Assembly: GCA_000708835.1 (NCBI GenBank)
Contig: DF237003.1
Coordinates: 169,275 to 233,274 of the forward strand
Source of the DNA: Klebsormidium nitens
Taxonomy: Eukaryota; Plantae; Klebsormidiophyceae
Direction of reading: 5' to 3'
DNA: 64,000 nucleotides
The translations under genes were made by a program, and so were the position numbers. The first letter of the stretch is position 1, and each line of letters starts with the position of its first letter. Below are positions 21,969 to 32,730 of this stretch, one piece after another. The notes below the pieces were generated by a model that was given only the letters and a program-made list of their open reading frames with translations, had not been told where the DNA came from and searched no databases.

Positions 21969-24763
21969 CTACTTCCTCTTGCCAGACTTCGTCTTAATCT
22001 TGACAGTCTTCTTCGTCATGCTCTGCCGCGACACGGGCGCTCTGTCACGAAGGCCGAGCGCCTGGATGAGGACACCATACCGGTCGGGCTTCGTGCGACG
22101 CAGGTACACCAACAACCTTCTCCGCTGGCCCAGCATCTTCTCCAGCCCCCTCCTTGACGAGAAGTCCTGAGCAAGAGTAAGAGCGAGGGCTTCAGCGCAA
22201 GGACGACGCGGAGGCAGCCTTCAAGACAGAGTCGAACCAATGAAGACTTCCGCAAGCAGAACCTGCAAGTACGTTACTGATGCAGACCCATAGTCTATTG
22301 CGACGCTGGTTGCTTAGGTGGTTGTTGGGCTGTGGGTAGCTTAGCTTGATCACTTAGCTTGATCAACGTTCACCCCGGCGGAATAGCCTCGAAACAAACG
22401 AAGCAGTTGAATAGCAATCTTGATTGATGCGAATCGGTCAAGAGCGCCCGGGCGACTGCAGCAGCTTGGTGGAAGCACTACGCTCTTCTAAGAAAACGAC
22501 AAGGCAACAATGGAAAAGCAGTCTGAGTTGGAAACAGCCTCGTAGGAAAAACGTACAGGATGGGAAGCAGCCAGCATCGAGGAAGATTACGAAAGCGAGC
22601 AGCTCACCTTCTTGTGCTCGAGCAGGTGCGTCGTCATATACTTGATCCTCTCGGTCAACAGAGCAACTGCAACAGAGCGGAAAGCGGATTCGTCATCTCC
22701 TAACCCTTTTTGCTCTTCTTTGAACGTTGCTGAGCCAAGCCCTTTACTCATGTCTACTGACCTCAACCTGCACGTTTCTCTCTGGCTTGTTTCCTCACGA
22801 AGCGCTCACCTCTGCAGTCGCATCAGAGAGTCATGCTCTTTCAACCTATAGCTTAGCGTCGCAAGAATAAGTAGTAAGATAGGCACTCATTTGGAACACG
22901 TATCGCGGGTCCAGAATTTTCAAGTCCGGGCAAGCGGCCATCTGAGCGCAACAAATGAAATAGGTGGAATAGGTACTCCATCAAGCACGTTTACCATCAA
23001 GGAACTCGTCACATGCTCTGTAAGAGCATAGAGAGGGTTGCGAGACAAGCGACTAGAAGATTCATAGATATCTGAATCACTCTAACACATGACCAAATTT
23101 GGAAGAGGCAGCAAGACTTTCCAAGAAAAGCATACGAAACCTCTTCGCGCCGCCTCGAGCTGCGCCGAGCGTCAGGTTCCAATGAAGTGACGAAGCTGTT
23201 GAGGCACTCAATGTAGTAGCACCAAACGACGGCGCTTTTGAAGCCTACCTTGCACCTCGGTGCATCCAGTATCCCCTTCGAATCGCTGGAATTCCGTGAC
23301 CAGCTCTGACTTCTTCAGCTTGTGCTTCTCGATTGAAGAGCCATGGCCAGCATCGAAGTACTGCAACAGGGAGGCCGATTGGCAGATCAGGTTATATATA
23401 TTCCTACACATTACGTCTGCACGACCAGCGACCGCCGTTCATATGAAGTCAAATGGACCCAAAAGTATGTCCTGTTGCGGGTCCATTCATCGACTTTATG
23501 TTGAGCCTGAAACCACATTGGCTACACTCCACAGAAGGCACAGAAGTGAGGGGTGCAATGCGCGACTTTGCAGATTTTCAAGAAAGGTGTACGGGGATCT
23601 TACTCTTCCCAAAAGAGCCTCGTTTGCAGCGTCCTGGCTAGCACCGAACACGTCATCGAAAGACAGCCTGGCACCTGCCGAAGAGTAGCAAAACTTGTGA
23701 GCAACAAAGTTTCTCTCACGCTCAGTACTCCGCACAGCATGACCTTATAAAGGGTTCGACGGAACGACAGCGGTGCAGCGGGGATTTGACCATCAGCCCT
23801 TGATCACCGACAAAACTCGGATGCCCTTGCTTGGTGCACCGCAAAAGTTGCAGCGTTCAACATCCAGCAGTTGTCCAGCACTTTGTGGTGCCAAGTGGTA
23901 CATAACAGGCACGGTATGGCAGTGCCCATTGCACAGGATTGGATGCAGTGCTTGCTGCCCTACTCAAGGAAGGCAATCCCCTTTTCAAACCCTTTCTTGA
24001 TTTTTTCTTCCCATTGTTCCTTCCTTTCTTTTCTGACTTGCAGAGAGCCAAATGTGACTAAGGGCTGATGCACAATAAGGGGGCCTCTTAGGGTTTCTAA
24101 GCCGACAGTGAGCAGAATGCAGGTGGAAAAACGGTCTAAAGGAAAAGGAGGGCCGGGGGAAGCGGGACCTGATGGTAATGGTGACAGGTACACTGCATTC
24201 TGCTTACTTGTCCAATCATCTAGAACTCAGGGATGGCCATTCTCAAGTTGACAAAGTGTTTAGAGTGGCTTCACCGATCTTCCAGATTGTCTGCTATTCC
24301 CACCACGAAGCTATATAAAACTCGACTGTGACAGCTTGAGATGCAACTGCTAGCTGAGTGACTGCACATGCCTTGTACCTAAGAAAGCATTTCAGGACTC
24401 CTGACAGAGAGCATCAGTTTTCTGTCCATCTGAAGATACCAGTACATCTCATATATGAGTGACACCAAACACTGATTGCGCTGCAAAAAGGGATGTGAGC
24501 AATCAATGTACCAGCAGATGCCACTGAGAGCGGCCCCATTACCAACTGCAGTACCAGTGCAACCGATGCTTACAACTCTCAAACCACTCACTTGCGTTCT
24601 GCCTGTCTCTGCTGAAGTCAGCAGGGGGCGCATTAATGGCCCGGATTGCCGGCGTAACTGCAGGTGCTACTCTGAGCGGGGACGCATTCAACCCCGTAGA
24701 GAAGCTGGCGCCCTTGAGGGCCACCTTTGTGAACGACGACCGAAGCAAAAGCGCCGCCGCCAT
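21969..24763 (-). CDS. rps15: Nucleus-encoded organellar (probably mitochondrial) ribosomal protein uS15
   Basis: Exons 23360-23249, 22666-22608 and 22166-21969 splice to [59 protein letters not shown] (S15 signature). Exon 23674-23604 lies upstream. First exon 24763-24592 ([23 protein letters not shown]) resembles a presequence. Exons in 23700-24590 unresolved. Confidence 0.9.
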
Positions 24764-24878
24764 GACGGACGGAGCCTCTTCCGCAGCACTGGAAAGGGCG
24801 CTGCCGGAAAGGGGCTGCAACACGCGTTTGAAAACCGTCCTCAGCAGGAATCCCATGCACCAAGGGAGGACATTCACC

Positions 24879-24887
24879 AAACCCTAA
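24879..24887 (+). promoter_or_regulatory. Telo-box AAACCCTAA in the rps15/ASD divergent promoter
   Basis: Exact motif ~115 bp upstream of the rps15 ATG. Telo-boxes are established in plant ribosomal-protein promoters; function here is inferred. Confidence 0.45.
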
Positions 24888-25508
24888 GCGCTGCTTCCTG
24901 CGTAACCCTCCCTTGCTGATTCCTGCACTTTCCAGGCGCCCTGGCAATTGTTCTCCGGCCCTGCTGCTTCTCTCTCTTCTGTGTCGCGGCTCGCCTTTGC
25001 AGAAAGAAAACCGGTTGACTTCTTGGTTAACTAATGTACAGTCTAACTTAACCCGTCGAAATTGTAGCAGTCCTTGTCGAACAAATATTCCCTTTTCAGG
25101 CCATACCGAGTCTTCGACACCCCGACTGGGTTGGCTGAGGGTTACCTTCAACTTCACGAAACCCCCTCATGGGTTTGCATTTCAACTTTAAGCAGACCCT
25201 GTTATTAGTATTACAGTAATATGTAAGTTGTCGTCCCTTTCGTCCTTTCTACCCAAATCCGTGGACAGCATTGTAGTTTGTGAGCTTTCGCCAACAGATT
25301 GATCAGTTTTGGAGGCGATTCTTCTTTGCACGGCATCATCAGCGGCCCGCAGAATTACTTTTACTGTACGAAGGAAGAGTGTTCATTGGCTGGGTCTGGC
25401 AAGCCCTCACCACCGTCGTTACCAGCGGCCAATCTACAAGAGAGAGTCCATCTTCCAACACAGTTTCATTGCAACACATCACGGTCTTTGGGCGTCGCTA
25501 GCTTTACA

Positions 25509-28500
25509 ATGGCGGTAGGATCGTTGGTGGCCCAAAGGTGTGCGGGCACCCTTTGCGCCCCCTCGCAGTCCTTGCACTCAGCAGGCCTTCGGAGTTCTGC
25601 TGAGTGCGTTGCCCCAGCTCTGCGGTTGGCGGCGCTGAGGTCAGAGCGATGTCGGGGCCGCAAGAGCGTTGTTTCGATGGGGTTGACGAAGGACGGCCCT
25701 TCGGTTGCCATTGCTGGTGTAACAGGAGCGGTGGGACAGGAGTTTTTGCAAGTTCTCACAGACAGGAACTTTCCATACAGCAGCCTGAAGCTGTTGGCGA
25801 GCAAGCGGTCTGCTGGGAAGGAACAGGAGTTCGAGGTATGCAAGACGAGTTTTGTATCAGTTGGAAACTGTTTGAGGATGTTGATTGATCACTGATGTCT
25901 TGCAGTGACAAATTAGTGTCACAGAGTGACTTTGCTTACATTGCACTGATGAGCTCCTCATTTGCGGTCACTATCTGGTGATTTTCAACCGGTCGGTTTG
26001 GCCACCAAAGAGTTGGTTCAGTAGGCACAGATGTATTGGGGTGGTTTGATCCTGGCACCAATTCTTCGTCTCTGGGGTAGTGGTATGGCAAAAATTCAAA
26101 CGGTGGCATGGCTATGAAAGATGTTTTGACAACAGACACAGTGGTGCTATTGACACCGAAAACTGAGCCCACACGTTTTCACAGGTTTGCTGCTATAATG
26201 TCACACATACTGCCACTCTCTAATAGTAGATTGTAGTCAATACCGTAAGTTCCCATATAGATGGGATCTTAGTGGAGGTCGAGCAATATGTTGTGTTGTA
26301 GAAGCCTCTCATAAAGTGTTCCTGTGGTGGCCTCGGAGCGTAAGAAATTCTCATGCTCCCCCCCTGTACTTGATTGTCATTCAGCATCCACTTACAAAGG
26401 TCAAGCATCATGCAATCTTAACATGTTGGAAGGATTTTTAAGGTTTTTTCCGCCCCCTGGCACCTGGTTCAGCTTCCTCATGTCTCTGCCTACAACTTGC
26501 GGTGGTGTATTGGTGACTGCAGGGTAAGAAGTACATCATCGAGGAGCTGACGGAAGAAAGCTTCAAGGGCATCGACATCGCGCTTTTCAGTGCTGGAGGC
26601 TCCATAAGGTAGGGTGATGGTACTTTCAACGATCGGAGGTATCAAAGTCTAGATCATGTGGACTCGGTGAATCTTTTAGACAGGAGGGAGAGGTTACGGA
26701 AACCTGATTACTGTCTCAATGTTCTGAACTGGACATGCGGAAGTTGTCCCTGATTTTACAAAGCTGCCGTCAGTCTTGCAATCTAGCAGGCAATTGCTTT
26801 ACACTCAAGGATTGCATGTAGTATTCACCCCATCTTCTCCGGTTGCACGTGGCAGGTGCCTCTTTCCAATTAAGACTGCCTACAGTGCACCACAATCTAC
26901 TACAGCGCTCATCCATGACGTTCGGAATCTCTCAAAAAGCTCTGACATTTCTCGAAGTTCCACCGCAGTATCTCAAGGAAAGTATTCTGCCTGCAGCAAG
27001 AAGTATGGCCCAGGGGCAGCTGACGGCGGCACTATCGTCGTCGACAACAGCTCAGCCTTCAGAATGGCTGAAGGTGTCCCTCTTGTGGTGCCCGAGGTTA
27101 GTTTCTATTTTTGGGTTAGGCGTCACCGAAACCAGTTTGTGCGGATCAGCGTTAGCTGCTGCCACTTCAGTTTCCAGCTTGCCTTGTATGGAAGCAGAAA
27201 GTTGCGAGCTGAGGGTGAAAAAGTACGATTCAGCTGAAGCATGTTCATTTGTTTTCAATCATCCTCTGAGTTCAGTCAAGTAGAGCACATCTCTGAATTC
27301 TGGTCAAACCTTTTGAAGACACAACGGGGAATGTTCAGAGGTTTGGGAAGTTACGGAAGAGTGGAAGCGTCAGTCGATTTTCGAGAGGGAGATATCGCTG
27401 CAAACCTCCCGCTGGAGTAATTGGGCCGGTTTTTCTCCGCAGACAGGCTGCAATCGGTCTGTCCGCACAGCACTCACTCTCAAGGCTCCGACGTCAAATG
27501 GAACCTCGTTGAATACAATCGGCGTGTGGCGATCTGCAGGTGAATGCTGACGCAGTCAAGGGCTGGAAGGCCGGGAGCGGGAAGGGAGGAATCATCGCAA
27601 ACCCGAACTGCTCCACAATCATTATGCTCGTCCCAGTGACGCCTCTGCACAAGGCCGGCAAGGTGGGCCAGTAGCGCTCTGAGCACTCGTTCTGCGTCAA
27701 GGGACAAATCACTGAATCTTGGTGCTTCGAACGTTTGAACCTCAGAGGTTTGAAGGTTTGGAGTCGTAAGGCGAGGCGCGCCAAAGAGGGCTTCATAGGA
27801 TGCATAAAGAATTTAGCGACGGCAAAGCTTGCCCCAAGGATTCTAGTCGTTAGAAAAGGATATACGTGTAGTTTTCGTGTCCGTTCGATTGCGAGAGGTG
27901 CTTCCCGTGGGCATAAGATGACGTCACGTGGCAGCCCTGTTCAAGCATTTCCTCCTCTCCGTCGACGGTACGAAGGTTTGAAGTATCCACGAACCAAGCA
28001 TCTTCTCATGTACGCAGGGTGAAGCGTATATGGTGATCATGTCACAGGCGGCATAAATGGATGGCTCTTCAAAAGTCTCCGGTTGTGAGATTCAAAATTG
28101 GTCAACGCAAGCAGGTGATCCTTTGCTCAAGTGAAGCGCGCCACAGTAATTTTGTATCAGGTTCGATGGCGCTGTCCAGCTTCGAGATATGGAAATTGAG
28201 TTTGATCTTTCTCGTCCTTCAGGTGAAGCCCGTTGTAGTAAGTGCGTATCAGGCGGCAGGGTTTGTCTCCGGAGAGCAAGATTCAAAAACTCGAATTTAT
28301 CTAAATCCTAAGCAGTGTGTGCTCCCCGCAGGTAAAGCACATACGCACCAAGCAAGGATTCAGAGCGTTTTTTCATTTGTGGTTCAGGAAGTGAAGCCGG
28401 GCATTGTTATGAAATGAATGTCAACCCAAGTTTACGTACGTGCTAATCAGATATCTCTTCTCACAGGTGAAGCGCATCGTAGTGAGCACGTATCAGGCGG

Positions 28501-31500
28501 CTAGCGGGGCGGGCGCGGCCGCGATGGCGGAGCTCGAGCTGCAGACGCGGGAGGTGCTGGATGGAAAGCCGCCCACAACCGAGATCTTCAGCCAACAGGT
28601 GCGTTTTTGAGAGTATTGTTTCACTCTCTCAAAGCCACAATCTGGTGTTGAGAGCCGAAGAGCCGAAAAACGCGCACCTTAATGTACCGTTGTTTCAATT
28701 AGTCCGAGCTCTAATTCGTTGTTCCAGGGCGAACAAGTTGTTATGCTGAAGATTGAAGCCCTGTGTTGGAAAGTGCAAGCTTGGAAGCGAGGTATTGAGG
28801 AACACACCTCTTGAAATTCTCCGAAACCTGCGTACTTGAAGGGGCCTTTGAAGCTCGACAGCTGTCCTCTCAAGCCCGCCCATCACCTAGAATGTTAGCT
28901 GGCGGCTGCGTTCCGAACAATCTGTGTATTCTGCACAGCAAGGGCTGCGTAAATTTGAAAGGCGTCGTTGCACGGTGCTTACGATTAACCATGGCGCAGT
29001 CTCGCCGGCAGAGATGTATTGCTGAATTATCGGCCGCAACGAGCCTCGATTCCGTTGATACATGTTAAGTGACCCAGGTCTTACCGGATTAGCAGAAAGC
29101 TCCTTAACCGCTGTAAAGCTGGAACGTCTACTTAAAAGTCAACCCGTCGATTCGCCACAAATGGAGTCCTCTAGCCGATCCGATCATGACGTACGAGTGA
29201 CGGAAATCGGGCGCGAGGGGTTATGCCTGTGTACCCGCAGTGTCGTGAGGAGTAGCCGAAATCTTTGTCTCAGGAGTGGCCGGGATTTGCGGGAAAATGA
29301 TGGAGACTCGACTTTCTGACGAGGTTATTTCGTGGTTTGCAGTACGCTTTTAACCTGTTTTCCCACAACGCCCCCATCACGGAGAACGGATACAACGAGG
29401 AGGAAATGAAGATGGTCAAGGAAACGCGCAAGATCTGGGTAAGCTCAGCCTTTGCTTGATCCGTCTCAGCCTGGGAATCGTACCGGGGAGGGTTGTCCTT
29501 GTGAGAGTACCTTTGCAGAGCTGTTCAGAACGAGGCTCATAACAGGGGTACGGGTCTTTCAGTCTCTCTGGGTGGTTTGGTAACCGTCAGTTCAGAAAAG
29601 TGTTTGTTGGTGTTGGTCAAAGGGAAGACGGGATGCGCCACTCCAGCCAAACAATGTCCGCTCATTCAAAGAAACTTCCTAAAGAATTGAAGTATCTTAA
29701 CGTTGCCGAAATGTTAAGCCTCAACTACTGTGCTGCTACGCCCACGTTTCCAGGCAAGGCAACCTGAAAGCGCCCTTCTCATAGCGTATGCACACGTTCT
29801 GCTCATCTCGTATGCAGGGCGACAAGGACGTACAGGTGACTGCCACGTGTATCCGGGTCCCGATCATGCGGGCTCATGCGGAGAGCATCAATATCGAATT
29901 CGAGTCGCCCGTTTCGGAGGTAGGTTTTCTGTTCGAATTCTAACCTGAGCTTTAGTCTTCCGCCCGCGAATGTTGCGACTCCGCAGTGATGAAGTGCGAC
30001 ATTTGCTTTGGCGACGCTTAGCATTTGTGCGGAGGAAAGGGTTTCTCAACTTGAGACGAGGAGCAACGATAGATAGACTCTTGCTCACACGGTTGGTGCA
30101 TATTTGCAGGAGCAAGCCAAGGAACTGTTGAGCAAGGCGCCGGGGGTCATGCTGATCGACGACCGGAGCGCAAACCGTTTCCCCACCCCTCTCGACGTGA
30201 GCTCAACTTTTACTAGCTACTCACCTCCACTTCCAAACTTGTACTTCTAAGTGACTATTCAAAGAGGGTGTCCTGTGCCCCGGAACGCCTTGGCGACCAG
30301 AAACCGTAGTTATGGGCAGACTGGTCGCTGAGGCGAAATGCCAAGATGCATTGTAGTCCGTTTGATCATGAAGTTTTCCCTCCGGACTCAAATGTCACTT
30401 GTGCGCTTCAAATCTGACGCCCTCTTTAGGCGGATTCGGGAAATGTGTCGGGATGTCTGCAATCGCGCCGCGGGAACTAGTATGCAGAGAATGGAAAAGT
30501 ACGACCACCTTTTCAAAATTCTCAAGTCGGTCTATTCGATCGGTTGGGTATTGGCCAGTTTTCTGCTGACAATATGGATCTGGAAGTGGCCGCGCTCTCG
30601 GTTTTCCTTGAATCGTCGGATGCTGTGTGATCCGGAACAGAGAGGTTAATGACATTCCGCTGCAAAGATGCTGGCTGTGAGGAGGGGCGCAGCCTTCCAT
30701 TCTGTTCATGGCAAAACAGCCTGCCGACGCAGCGCACGTACTTGGATAAGTCTGCCGACTTTAGAGCATGGGTTTTCGGCTTTTGCTAGCGCTTTCGAAC
30801 TGGCCCACCGACTTGGAAGAACGTGCGAGGGTACTGTACGAACGCACTCAGTGCGGTCGGACGTTTTGCCTCGCTTCAGAACGCTCCTAAGTCGGTTTGT
30901 CTTTCCGCAGGTGTCATTCAAGGATGACGTGGCAGTCGGGCGCATTCGGAGAGACATCTCGAGGAGCGACGATCGGGGGTGAGCTCCACGCTTGGTTCCC
31001 GTTTGAATCGCTTTCTGCCTGCACACTGCTGTGGGCCGGACGCCCGAAATTCGCAACAGATTGCGTTGGATCGTACAATGTTTGGAACCGCAAAACGTGC
31101 ACAAACTTGAGTGGATTGGCAGATTTTGAGCAGATTTCGATCAGACGACTGCATGAGCCCCTGTTAGAGCAGCTCTAATCTCTTCTGCTTCTTTCTCATC
31201 ATCATGATGCATCGTTAGCATTCTCATGCCGCTTGCAAGTCTAGTTGTGGTCGTTATTTGCATGCCCCTTGTTATCGTGAGTGTGACTTGGAAGCTAAAC
31301 AAACCGCTCGACGGATCGGATCTGCTTCTTGACTCCGTCCGGCAATGAGCGACAGAGCAGATGGTCCGCCATCACTGTTATCAAGCTTGAAGCACACCCA
31401 GTGACTTTTCTCTGAGAATATTGTGTTGCGACTCTGCAACAGGTTGGACCTCTTCGTATGTGGCGATCAGATTCGAAAAGGGGCTGCTCTTAACGCTGTC

Positions 31501-31524
31501 CAAATCGCCGAGCTGCTTTTGTAG
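25509..31524 (+). CDS. asd: Aspartate-semialdehyde dehydrogenase, plastid-targeted (10 exons, 400 aa)
   Basis: Exons 25509-25835, 26523-26608, 26997-27096, 27540-27662, 28467-28598, 29343-29438, 29818-29919, 30110-30196, 30911-30978 and 31443-31524 are in phase (1203 nt). Motifs: [15 protein letters not shown], catalytic [43 protein letters not shown]. Transit-peptide-like N-terminus. Confidence 0.97.
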
Positions 31525-32730
31525 AGGCCCTCTAGCGTTGCCGAAGTTTATCTGTTTCGCGACATGCAATGGGTAATCAAAGATTGGCCATGCTTGGGCC
31601 TGGTATGCGTATGGTTATTTGAGCTAGACTCGCTCTCGAGCTGTAGGGGAATTTGCACCGGTATGATAATCTGTTGAGAGGCCTCACCTTGACCTAGAGA
31701 TCGGACGCAATCCAAGCATTGAGTTCTGATGAGGAAGAACGAGGATCGAGTTAGGGAGCCGAAGCATGCTAGTATAATGCTGGCCGGCGAAAAAGCAGGT
31801 TCATGGACCATGCATAGGGTCCAGCAAGCTGGCACCCTTACTTGATCACCAGACTTATACCCGGCACGAAAGTCTGGTTGATCTTTTTTCATACCGGTCA
31901 TGCAGCTTGCCATGGCTCATGCAATATACATGCATGGGCTGTGGCATGGCATGAGACTACCTATATAACTTAGTATTAGTTGCGCGGCGGTGCTACTAGT
32001 GGCAACCGTCGAAGTTTCTAAAGATATAATGCGCCATGCGCACTGAGACTCGAAGTATGCAAGTGGGTCATGCATTACGTTGAAGCTAGCGCCCTCCTTA
32101 TATATTCATCATGCCAGCCTTGCATGTATGCAGCCGCACATGACTCTCGATGCAGACGCGCGGCATGCCATGCGCTCAGCACAGGCCGCACTGAAGCTTG
32201 CAATGCGCTCTACAGGGCCCTATAGTTAGCCCGGCGGCTACTACTCATGCATGTTCAGGCACAGTGCACTGGATTCAATTTGAGTGTCCCTTACCTTCCA
32301 GGAGCACTGCCTAGAAAAGATACACATTGCTCGACAACGATGCCAACTACCACCTCATCAAATATAGTTCCTGTGTACATTAGGCCAGTCCTTTGATCGG
32401 GCTGCGAGGAAGATACTTTGCAGATGGAAGACCTCAACATGCACGAAGCACCTGTCAAGACCAGCACGGTCGGCAGACTCGAAATTTGATAAAAAGGATT
32501 ACCAGAGGCTTGCTCCGGATTGATCCATCGAGTTTAACTCCATATTTTTAGGTAGTGTCTAAAGTATTGGATTAGCGGTTCCTGTCAGTGGCGGAAGTGC
32601 GACAACGTAGCAGTTGTGACCTACTCAGGTTGTCAAGCCAGCGTTTGAGCATGTTTCTACAGTCAGATCTACTTACATAAAATTCAGCACTGGAATGGAT
32701 TACTGGCCTACTTGGAGGTCGCGAATGAAA

